NCBI GenBank assembly: GCA_048213135.1
Contig: PS015081.1
Location: forward strand, 59,960-79,959
Reading direction: 5' to 3'
Length of the DNA: 20,000 bases
From: Reclinomonas americana ATCC 50394
Taxonomy: Eukaryota
Position 1 is the stretch's first letter, and every line of letters starts with the position of its first letter. The notes under the pieces were generated by a model. It saw only the letters and a list, made by a program, of their open reading frames with translations, did no database searches and was not told the DNA's origin. Both the position numbers and the translations under genes were made by a program. Below, in pieces: positions 10,101-19,913 of the stretch.

Positions 10101-13100
10101 AGCAACTGTTGCGTCATTTTCTTCCACCAGCGATGCAATCTCCATCTCGCTTATGATGTTTACTCGATACGTACAGCTCCACACTCGCAGACGGGCGACA
10201 TCCTGGCACCCATTCCCGAGACCGAAATGCTCACCGGCAGTGTTGACGATCGAGGCAGCATGAACGCCACGGTGTGTAAGGAGCGACCACAATCTCGTAC
10301 ACACTGATGCTAACTGCACATGTGCAGAGCCTGCTGCGGAGCGGACCGTCCCTGATGCCGGTCACTGTGCAACGAACGTTGCGATTCCTTGTCGTAGTTT
10401 GTCTCCCGCCCATGTGTAACACCCCGTGTCGTTTTGTCTGCGCAGCCTGAGCTTGCGAACCGCCAGTGAGCACTATGTGCAAATCTCGCCGAACACTCCG
10501 CCGCTGGTCGGTGGAGCGCCGTTGCATGAGGAAGGTTTGGCAAGCGCACTTGCGATGGATCTTGAGAAAACTATGTGGACTGACCGTGTCGTCTCTCCAG
10601 CGGACACCACCGACACCAGCATGTGCTCGCGCAAGGGTGGAGCGGTGACGTTTGAGTCGATGCCCTTTACTCCAGTGTCTCCGTCTGTTGCGTGCGCTGT
10701 GCTTGGCGGCCTCGCTGTTCGCGCCACTGAGTTTCTTGTCGTGCGCAGCAGGGCGAAGAAGGCAAGGAGGTGTACAATCCCTTCCAGTTCGACGATGCCC
10801 ACTCTCGCCGATCGTCCAGCAGCCGTCGTCGATGGTGCCACTTGTTCCCGTACCTCGATCGCGGTGAGTTGTGTGCTTGATGTACAGCGTGGTGAGCTTG
10901 CTTGCTTATAAGGGAGTGTGTTCGTTGGTGCAGCGGCGCTGGAGTCGTACGTGCCCAACTGGAAGTCGCTTAGTCAGCCTGCTGTGCTGCCAGTGACCAC
11001 GGAATTCCATCCGGACAAGCGTGAACTGTTGCGTGCCCCTTCCCATACCCGTGCTTATCGAGATCTCTTCCCCCTCACATGTGTCACGACAGCGACGAAA
11101 AGTACACTCGCTTCGGTTACGCGCTCACCGCTGTGGAGACGCCGTACCAGGAGAAGCCGTACACACTGCTGCTGGAGCTGGCCTGCCAACGCTTGCAGCA
11201 AGGGTACCAGGTGTTCTTGACGGACAAGATGTCGCCGAATGAGATGATGCAGGTGCACCTGAGCATGGGACCGCACTGCCAGACGATTGCACTCGACAGC
11301 AACAAGCAGGACATTTCTGTGACGGTGAGTGAGTGAGTGCGCCGCGTGTATGGGCGGAGATCAAAGCTGGCACCGCCGCTCATTTTCTCTCTCCGTCCCA
11401 CTCGCAGCGGTACGATCTGATCCGCGACCCACTGCCACCACCGAGACCATACCGCTACCGACTGTGGGCCTCGGAGGAAGATCGTTTCTGCATGAAGGAG
11501 GTGGTGTTTGGGAGGAGCGAGGATCTGTCGCATCACTGGAACTACATGGACCAGCTGGTGAGCGGCAACAACGACTTTTTCACCGACACCCTCAAGTACC
11601 GCCGCCTCAAGTACGTCATGCTCCCCACCGAGGTGCGAAGTGGACGTGTGACGTNNNNNNNNNNNNNNNNNNNNAGAGAGAGAGAGAGAGTCAAGATAGT
11701 GTGTTCTCACATTGTGTCGCGCAGTTTGTGGATGTTCTCAGCGGCACCATGTCGCGCGCCGAAATCGAGGCGCTGGCCGACAAGCGTGAAAAGAACTTCA
11801 AGCGTGTGGAAGGCTCCTTCACCAAGATCACTGTCAAGCCGGCTCCGGATCAGGACCCGATTGCCATCAACTACGATCGGCACATGGATGTCGACTGGGA
11901 GATGCTGCTGCGGAGTGCCGATGGTTTGTGTCGTCTTGAGAAAGGGAAAAGAGGGCGTGAACTCACACCCACTGTCGTGCAGTGTCGATGGAGAAGAAAC
12001 GCTCGTTTGGCTATCACTTGAAGAAGCGCGTCAAGTTGTCGGTGACCACGTATCGCACCGAGCGTGAAGAATGGCTGGTTCGTCTCACAAAGCAGCCGGT
12101 GCCGTGTCAGTGTGCTAACTGAGAGCTGTGCGTCCAGATTCTGCGCTACGACAGCGTGTTCAACCCGATGAACGCCTGCTACATTGTGTCGTTCGACTGG
12201 TCGGTGTGCGGCAGCGCTGTCGACGAGTACGTTCAGTTTATCAGCCGCCGCGCCAAGACCAACGGCTTCAACATGCTACCGATTCCGCACGAGAAGGATG
12301 TTCGCATTTTCGACACGCTGCATCACTACGCGTCGCTGAATTACTCGCCGGAAATCATGCTGGTGGCGTTGCGGGCATTGGTGACCGACCAGTTCCAGGT
12401 GAGGAATGAGAGTCGCGATGGGAGAAATGCAGGCATGAGATAACTGATCTGCCGGCGTTTTTTTTTCAATCAGTTCTATCCCGAGTCGATTCCCGTCCCC
12501 GGCGGCGGTGGCACCTGGTTCATTCATCACACGGGCGTGGCCATTGTGCAGCTGTCTGACAACAGCATGCTGTGGTTCGTGCCTGTTTGTGCGTAGATAA
12601 GAGATGTTGCATGCGACTAAAAACGTGGCACAGGTTCCGCAACCCGCTGGTCGCATCGAGCACCACCGAGTTCTTGCCGCTGCTGAACCGCTTCCGCGTG
12701 TTCTGCGATGCAGAGGCACCGGCCATTGCCGCTCGCATGCAGGAGCCGCCGATGCAGGTGTCTCCGTCGTCGCATGTGGGACCGACGAGGAGTGAGCCAC
12801 CGGGCGCGGCACAGGCAGGGATGGCGGCGGCTGGCGGTGCTGCTGGTGCCGCGGCGGGAGGCATGTCGCGGATGAGTTTCGGCAGCCCAGAAGACCACGG
12901 GACGACCATGCTGATGTACTCGCGCTCGGCTCCGTACTTGCTGGCCGACCTCGGCGGCTTGCGACACGAACACGACGGCGGCGACGATGAGGAAGCGGCG
13001 CACAGCAGCGGCGCGGAAGACGATTTGGACGCCAGTAGCTCACGCACGATTCCCAGCGGTGTCGAGGGACACCCGCACGCGCTGTCCTTTACGTCGGACT

Positions 13101-13114
13101 CGTCGGGCTTGTAG
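6160..13114 (+). CDS. DEPDC5: GATOR1/SEACIT subunit DEPDC5/IML1, about 1644 aa, 30 modelled exons
   Basis: Exons 6160-6185, 6252-6334, 6422-6636, 6697-6766, 6845-7036, 7166-7395, 7453-7727, 7797-7987, 8055-8149, 8218-8438, 8526-8574, 8631-8760, 8832-8911, 8958 (or 8994)-9093, 9156-9240, 9307-9914, 9982-10107, 10177-10271, 10328-10377, 10446-10534, 10601-10686, 10749-10863, 10934-11027, 11093-11324, 11408-11632, 11725-11923, 11983-12077, 12138-12398, 12474-12574, 12634-13114 (4935 nt, one frame). Recognised motifs: [24 protein letters not shown]...[88 protein letters not shown]. The low-complexity N-terminal exons are less certain. Confidence 0.93.
7074..7135. repeat. (GT)n microsatellite inside DEPDC5 intron 7037-7165
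   Basis: About 30 uninterrupted GT units. Confidence 0.95.
11655..11674. other. Assembly gap (20 N) inside a DEPDC5 intron, next to an (AG)n tract
   Basis: Run of N. The flanking exons join in frame (MLPTE/FVDVL). Confidence 0.95.
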
Positions 13115-13316
13115 TGTATTTAGAGCGGGAGAAAAGAGAGAGAGTACAACACGGAGAAATATGTTTTGTTTACTCGCTACTTGCGCTTCTGCGGCGCGCG
13201 GTCTTCGTCACCGGCACGCAACGCCGCCACAAACGTGCGCACAAGTCGCACAAACATCAACACAACCACCACCAGCGCCACGAACAGGAGCAAGTCGAGC
13301 CACGACATGGTTCTTA

Positions 13317-14532
13317 TTACACGGGCGAGGTCCACAGCTGCGGGGCCGGCGAGCGGCAGTAGTAAAAGTCGGTGACGCGCGACGACGGGCGCGGCGACAC
13401 GGGGCTTGCAGGTGACGACGACCTGTACGAGAGCGGGCTGGCGTCGTACGACGACGACGACGATGACGGCGACGAGATGGGCGAGCTCAGCAGCTTCACA
13501 GTCACGGGCGGGAGACCCTCCAGAATGCGCAGCACGTTCTGCCGATGGAAAGCCAGCGATGAGGAAGAAGAAGAAGAAGGGGGATGGGAGGGGAAGGGAA
13601 GCATCGAGTTGAACCTCGAGGCAGCAGTCAGTGCCGAGCAGCTGTGAAGCGCACAGTCAATCAACAGGCTGGTGAGCGACCGATAGAAGCAACAGACCTC
13701 GTGCTTGAGCGTCGTCTGCAGCACCAAAGAAGCAAATGAGTGCACCGTCAGGGGAGGGAAAGGAGCGACACGAAAGGCGGCTCACCTGGTGATACACGCG
13801 GAACTCGGGAACCTACAACGCGCACAAGGTAAGATCATACAAACATGACTGCATATCATGACGCGCGCAACGTCAAAGACACCAAAGGCCTACGACAAGA
13901 GCCCACAGTGAGCCACACACACACACACACACAAGCACAACACAGCAAAGAAGAACGCACCTTGACCCAGAGGTTCTTTCGTCCACAAAAAAGAGCGCGC
14001 AATGATGATGATGGAATGAGACAAAAAAAGTCGAAGGAAAAATGCACATCACAAGCAGCAGCAGACCGTCTCTTCAGACTCGTGCACGTCGACCTGCACA
14101 AGCGCACACTGCATAAGAACAAGCACTACACTCTCTCTCTCTCTCTCTCTCACCACAATGAACTGGCAACGCGGATAGAGCTTCGCCAGCGAGTCAAACT
14201 CAGAGCGCAAAAACAGACGCGTCGGTGCCACCCTTGGCACAAACACCACCAAAATCAGCACCAAAACACGATGAGAACAGCACGAAAAAGCGCAGACGAA
14301 ACAGCGACGAGTGGAAGAGCACAAACGCCCAATCGCGATGACCAAGCGCCGTCAGAAACTCGAGATAAGCAGGCGGACTAACAGAGAGGGAAGCATCAGT
14401 GTCTCTTGCACACACACATACACGCACACACACATACACACAAACACACACACACACACACACACATACACACATACACACACACACACACGCAACACGT
14501 AGGCACGGCCAGTGTCAAGCTCAGTCTCCATT
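13317..14532 (-). CDS. Thioredoxin-fold protein lacking the CXXC motif, with an S/P-rich tail; microexon gene, 5' end probably in the gap
   Basis: Exons 14532-14497, 14377-14303, 14232-14154, 14093-14067, 13975-13961, 13889-13872, 13812-13786, 13715-13698, 13641-13615, 13538-13317, all GT-AG. Spliced product: METELDTGRAYVPPAYLEFLTALGHRDWAFVLFHSSLVAPTRLFLRSEFDSLAKLYPRCQFIVVDVHESEETNLWVKAFGVFDVPEFRVYHQTTLKHELLGTDCCLENVLRILEGLPP...WTSPV*. This follows the thioredoxin pattern (LAKxYP-x-F-x-VDV; GV-xx-VP-x-F; ELxG). Confidence 0.8.
14409..14491. repeat. Imperfect (CA)n microsatellite in an intron of the thioredoxin-like gene
   Basis: CA units interrupted by occasional TA, CG and AA. Confidence 0.9.
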
Positions 14533-14568
14533 CTTTTTTGTTGCAAATGGAGTCAGAGGCAACGAATG

Positions 14569-15249
14569 NNNNNNNNNNNNNNNNNNNNNNNNNNNNNNNN
14601 NNNNNNNNNNNNNNNNNNNNNNNNNNNNNNNNNNNNNNNNNNNNNNNNNNNNNNNNNNNNNNNNNNNNNNNNNNNNNNNNNNNNNNNNNNNNNNNNNNNN
14701 NNNNNNNNNNNNNNNNNNNNNNNNNNNNNNNNNNNNNNNNNNNNNNNNNNNNNNNNNNNNNNNNNNNNNNNNNNNNNNNNNNNNNNNNNNNNNNNNNNNN
14801 NNNNNNNNNNNNNNNNNNNNNNNNNNNNNNNNNNNNNNNNNNNNNNNNNNNNNNNNNNNNNNNNNNNNNNNNNNNNNNNNNNNNNNNNNNNNNNNNNNNN
14901 NNNNNNNNNNNNNNNNNNNNNNNNNNNNNNNNNNNNNNNNNNNNNNNNNNNNNNNNNNNNNNNNNNNNNNNNNNNNNNNNNNNNNNNNNNNNNNNNNNNN
15001 NNNNNNNNNNNNNNNNNNNNNNNNNNNNNNNNNNNNNNNNNNNNNNNNNNNNNNNNNNNNNNNNNNNNNNNNNNNNNNNNNNNNNNNNNNNNNNNNNNNN
15101 NNNNNNNNNNNNNNNNNNNNNNNNNNNNNNNNNNNNNNNNNNNNNNNNNNNNNNNNNNNNNNNNNNNNNNNNNNNNNNNNNNNNNNNNNNNNNNNNNNNN
15201 NNNNNNNNNNNNNNNNNNNNNNNNNNNNNNNNNNNNNNNNNNNNNNNNN
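14569..15249. other. Assembly gap (681 N)
   Basis: Run of N between two divergent genes whose 5' ends are missing. Confidence 0.95.
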
Positions 15250-15287
15250 GATCACGAGGAGCTCATCCCGTCTGTGTGTTTTCGCAG

Positions 15288-18200
15288 CGAAACCAACCTC
15301 AAGCTGAAGCGGAGCGTCAGCAGCACGTACCAGATGCGGGACACGCTCAGTGTCTACCAGTCCATGCGCGGCGTCATCAACTGTGAGACGCCGAACAAGG
15401 ACCTGCGCGAGTTCCACGGTGTCTTCGAGTCGAACTTGCGCTCTGTGCCGCTGCACTTGGAGAACCTGCTGTTGCGCGGCAGCACGGTGAAGAACACCGA
15501 GTGGGCCATTGGCGTGGTCGTGTACACGGGACACGACTCGAAAATCATGCGCAACATGACCGACCCGAAGCACAAGCAGAGCCAGGTTTGTTCACTTTCG
15601 TCGTACCGGCTGCGTGTGCGTCTTGTCACTGACTGCGCGCGGCATCGGCGGCAGGTGGAGCAACTGACCAACCGGTGCATCCTCATCCTGTTCCTTGTTC
15701 AAATCGGCCTCTGTTTGTTGTGTGCCGTGGGCATTGGTTTCTGGACCGTTGCGTGCATGTCGCACGGTATTCTCTTTGTGCACACGCGCGTGTGTCTCAT
15801 ACTGTTGCGAGCAGGAGCATGGCGAGTACACGGCGTGGTACATTTACGCTTCGAGACGTCCGTCGCCGACCACGCAGGGTCTCGTCGGCTTCTTCACCTT
15901 CCTCATCCTGTTCAACAACCTGATTCCCATCTCGCTGTACGTGTCGATGGAGATTGTCAAGTTTGCACAAGCGGTGGCTATTCGCCTGGACAAGGGCATG
16001 CATTACGAGCAAGTACAGGCCGACGGAACTCGCGTCACGACGCCAGCCGAACCGAGAACGTCGGCGCTGAACGAGGAACTCGGTCAGGTGCGTTCGTGTG
16101 TGTCACGCACCCGTCTACCCGTAGTGCATGCTGAGTTGTGCGACTGGCACAGGTCACGTATGTGTTTTCCGACAAGACGGGCACCTTGACGTGCAACCAG
16201 ATGAAGCTGCTCAAGTTTGCCGTTCCGGGTGCCAGCTACGAGCTGTACCCATCGCTGGTACTTCTGTCTCCCTGTCTCTGTCTCTCTCTCACGCACACAC
16301 TGCGTGTCTCACTGTGTGACCACGTGACCTGCAGCAACCGGGTGACATTCATCCGCTGCGTTCGGAGCTGGAAAACGTCAACTCGCCAGCGTACCAGCAG
16401 ATTCGCGAATTCTTCACGTGCATCAACCTGTGCAACACTGTCGTGCCTGAAGGAGGCTCGGCCATGACCACGGACGGTTGCGTTCGCGTGACTTGACTGC
16501 CGTATGCGCCCGCGCCTCTCTCAATTGGTATACCCCTTTTTGCAGCCATTCAATACCAGTCGGCGTCGCCCGACGAGGAGGCGTTGGTCAAGGGTGCCCG
16601 CGAACTCGGCTTTGCGTTGCTGGTTACGTGGAAGCTCGGCTGTGATGACCGTAGTGGCCGCGGTCGGTGGAGCTCACATGTCGAGTGTATTTTCTTGTGC
16701 AGTCGCGCACGCCGAGGTCGTTGACGCTGTTGGACACACGAACAGGCGAAGTGGTCGAGTTCACCATTGAGCACATTTTGGAGTTCACCAGCGATCGGCG
16801 CATGATGTCGGTCATTGTCAATGTCAATGGCGAGTGGTATTCACTCTCCGCTCAGCCTTAGCACGTCGTTGCTCATTTCTCTGTTTGTGTCACAGGTATT
16901 CGCGTGCTCTTTGCGAAGGGTGCAGACACGGTCATGCGAGAAAAGTCGGTGGAGGCCGCGATGGCTCACGAGAGTCACGAGCTGCACGACACGCTGGAGT
17001 ACCGCCTCAAGGTGATGTCTCCTCCGCCATCGTTGTCGTCCCTTGTGCTGTGGCTGACTCGAGGTGTCCTCGTGCAGGACTACGGCGAGGCCGGGTTGCG
17101 CACGCTGGTGTTTGCACGGCGCGAGTTGAGCGAGCAAGAGTACGGCGAGTTTGCGACCTTGTATCTGCAGGCGTGCTCCACGGTCGATCATCCCGCTCGC
17201 CGCGCCGAACTGGTGTGTGCAGCAGTGCTGTCCTTTTTTTTTTGCTGGCTTTGCTGACCTTGATGTTCGCCGTGTAGATGGCGGAGGCGTACAACTTGGT
17301 GGAGCAGCAGCTGTCCATGTTGGGCGTGTCGGGCATTGAAGATCGCCTGCAGGACGGCGTGTCGGAAACGCTGCAGACGCTGCATGCTGCGGGCATGCGA
17401 GTGTGGATGCTCACGGGCGACAAGCAGGAGACCGCCATCAATGTCGGCTACAGCTGCAAGTTGCTGAACAACGACATGCGCATGATCAAAGTTGCGTGCC
17501 ACTGTCGCACTGAAGGCCACACACACACACACAAAAGTCATTTGTTGATGTGAGCACACACACACACACACATAGTTTACCGAGCACTTGTCGAGATTTG
17601 GCGATCGGCAAGCTGCACAGTTCTATCGCGACATGGGCAGCGCGCTGTCGCAGGTGCAAGCCGAGGTGATTCACGGCAAACACGAGCGAGCGATGCAAGG
17701 AGATGATGACGAAGAACTGGGCGAGTTCGACACGAACCTCGACGACATTGCGATTGTGCTCGACGGCGATGCGTTGGAGATGGCACTGCAGCCGGAGCAG
17801 CGCATGTCGTTCTTGGAGTTGACGATTCGTGCCAAGGCCGTCATCTGCTGCCGTGTGTCGCCCAAGCAGAAGGCGGATGTGGTCAAGCTGATTCGTGAGA
17901 CCCTCGGTGCGGTCACGCTGGCCATTGGCGACGGCGGCAACGACTGTGCCATGATTCAGGCCGCCAATGTCGGTGCGTGGACATGTGATTGGATCATTCA
18001 GTGGAGTGCGCGATGCTCACTATGTGGGATACGTGTGCAGGCATTGGCATCAGCGGCAATGAGGGCATGCAAGCGGCGCGGTCCAGCGACTATTCCATCT
18101 CGCAGTTCCGGTACGCTGACGTGGCACGCTTGTTTGATCGGTGTCACTCCCACCCGTACTCATTCATTCATGGTGGGTTGGGCAGGTTCTTACAAAGGCT

Positions 18201-19355
18201 GCTGCTGGTGCACGGTCGCATGTCGTACAGGCGAATCTCCAAGCTCATTCTCTACTGCTTCTACAAGAACATTGCGTTGTACATGACGCAGTTCTGGTTT
18301 GTGCTGATGAACGGCTTCTCGGGCACGGTTTGTCGGCGTGGTGTGTAAAAATGATTGCACTGCGTGCTGACCATGTGCGACATGCAGAGTCTGTACGACA
18401 ACTGGACCCTGTCGATGTACAACATGCTGTTCACCTCCTGGCCAGTGCTGCTGTTTGCCGTCCTCGATGTCGACATGACACTGGACGATCAGCCGCAGCG
18501 CGATGTGCCGACCAAGCGCCTCAAATTCGCTCAAGTGTACAAGCTTGGACCGAAACACTACTACGTTGCGCTCCGTGCATGCTTGTGTGTTGCATCGTCT
18601 TGTGGCTTACTCATTCTTCTTTGTGCGCGCGTGCAGTTTACGACCAGTGCCTTCCTGGGCTACATCATGAACGCGTTCTGGCATTCGCTGCTGTGTATGG
18701 GCGCGGTGATGCTGGCCTTCCGCGGCACGGTCGGCTTCCAAGACGGTCGCAACGCCGATCTGTACATCATGGGCACTCTGGTGTACGCGCTGGTGATCGT
18801 GGTGGTCACCTTCAAGCTGGCACTGGAGACCAAGCTGTACAGCGTCGTGTCGATGCTGATTATTGTGCTCAGCATCGGCTCCTTCTTCGGCTTCATCTTC
18901 CTGGTCCAGTACCACTTGCAGTGGTCGCGCTCGACACTTTTCTACGAGATGACCGGGGTGGCCAACGACTTGTTCTCCAACTTTGTCGCCCCACTGGTCA
19001 TTCTGCTGGTGGTGGCGACGTGTCTCAGCCGCGATTTTGCCTGGCTGGCGGTGCGCTGGTTGTTCAGACCAACACTCCTGCACCGACTGCGCCTGCAGCA
19101 GGTGGAAGAAGATGACGACGACGGCAGCAAGGCGATGCGCGAGATACCAGACGCCGAGACGCGCGGCATGTCACCGACACAACGTTGCGTCTGCGTGCGT
19201 GTGTTGAGGCACCAAACCGCTCACTTACCCATCTCCCCCTCGCAGACAAGGGCTTTGCGTTCGTGGCACCCGAGCCGGGCTACAGTCAGATCTTGTTCTC
19301 CGACGAGGCGGCTCAGACGCGGAGAGAATCGCCAGCGTCACGCGATCGACCATAA
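15288..19355 (+). CDS. P4-type ATPase phospholipid flippase, Drs2/ATP8A-like; N-terminus lies in the gap
   Basis: Exons 15288-15585, 15655-15747, 15815-16087, 16153-16257, 16335-16476, 16546-16622, 16703-16829, 16896-17011, 17078-17212, 17278-17490, 17576-17972, 18041-18110, 18186-18327, 18388-18564, 18637-19183, 19246-19355. Motifs: [31 protein letters not shown] (phospho-Asp), [71 protein letters not shown], and a C-terminal GFAF. Confidence 0.95.
16830..16895 (+). other. GC-AG intron in the P4-ATPase gene
   Basis: G|GCGAGT...CACAG|GT is the only donor I found that keeps MSVIVNVN in frame with [11 protein letters not shown]. Confidence 0.7.
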
Positions 19356-19437
19356 GTGAAACCTATCAAAAAAAAGTCCTGTTGTCAGCATTGTGCACGT
19401 GACGACATCACTCGTTTTGTTGTTTCGCCCTTCCGCA

Positions 19438-19625
19438 ATGTCCGACGACGTGCACATGGAAGACGTGGCAGGTACTGCATGTGTGTATATGTGAATGAGA
19501 GAGATCAAAGAAGAATGTGCGAGTTTGCACATACGCCAATGCGAGGGTTCATTTTTGTTTCCAAAGTCTCGTGTGTATGTGTGCGCTGCATTGTGCATGT
19601 CTCTCTTTATCTCTCTCTCTCTCTC

Positions 19626-19662
<37 letters not shown>

Positions 19663-19903
19663 TCGCTTGCATGCATGCGTATTGTTCCTCGCACTTTGAT
19701 CACACTTATGAATTTCCCTCCCCCCCCACTCCCAGGTGGTCCCTCGTGCACCAACTTGGAGACCTTCGAGGCTGCAAGAAGCGCTGGCGAGGAGGCACTT
19801 GTGTCGCTGGCCTATGACACGTTTTCGTCAATTGATTCGCTGTCACGGTCGTTCCTCACACGAGGTGCGCTGTTGGGTGGCGAGTCGGACCCGGAGACCT
19901 CTG
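19438..19903 (+). CDS. First two exons of an unidentified gene that continues beyond the window
   Basis: Exons 19438-19471 and 19736-19903 join in phase 1 to give MSDDVHMEDVAGGPSCTNLETFEAARSAGEEALVSLAYDTFSSIDSLSRSFLTRGALLGGESDPETS, followed by the donor G|GTGAGC. Confidence 0.55.
19608..19662. repeat. Compound (CT)n-(CA)n microsatellite, intronic
   Basis: A CT tract directly followed by a CA tract. Confidence 0.85.
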
Positions 19904-19909
19904 GTGAGC

Positions 19910-19913
<4 letters not shown>

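Noticed and set aside
13372-13647. Acidic plus-strand ORF (DDDDDD...EEEEE)
   Set aside because: It is the antisense shadow of the Ser-rich last exon and a pyrimidine-rich intron of the minus-strand thioredoxin-like gene.
14399-16134. Long ORFs of 300-540 aa in the ORF track
   Set aside because: Artefacts of translating through the N gap.
953-18636. Many stop-free introns with length a multiple of 3 (for example 1015-953, 5326-5403, 7396-7452, 18565-18636)
   Set aside because: About a third of introns are 3n by chance, and short GC-rich introns often lack stops. No excess can be shown here.
5360-19230. Frequent CTCAC/CTCAT branch-point-like words instead of CTAAC/CTGAC
   Set aside because: They fit the ordinary degenerate yTnAy branch consensus, and branch use cannot be assigned from DNA alone.
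295-19245. GTTGCG introns as an Introner-like transposon family
   Set aside because: Beyond the first 6-7 nt the introns share no visible similarity, terminal inverted repeats or target-site duplications, and their lengths vary.
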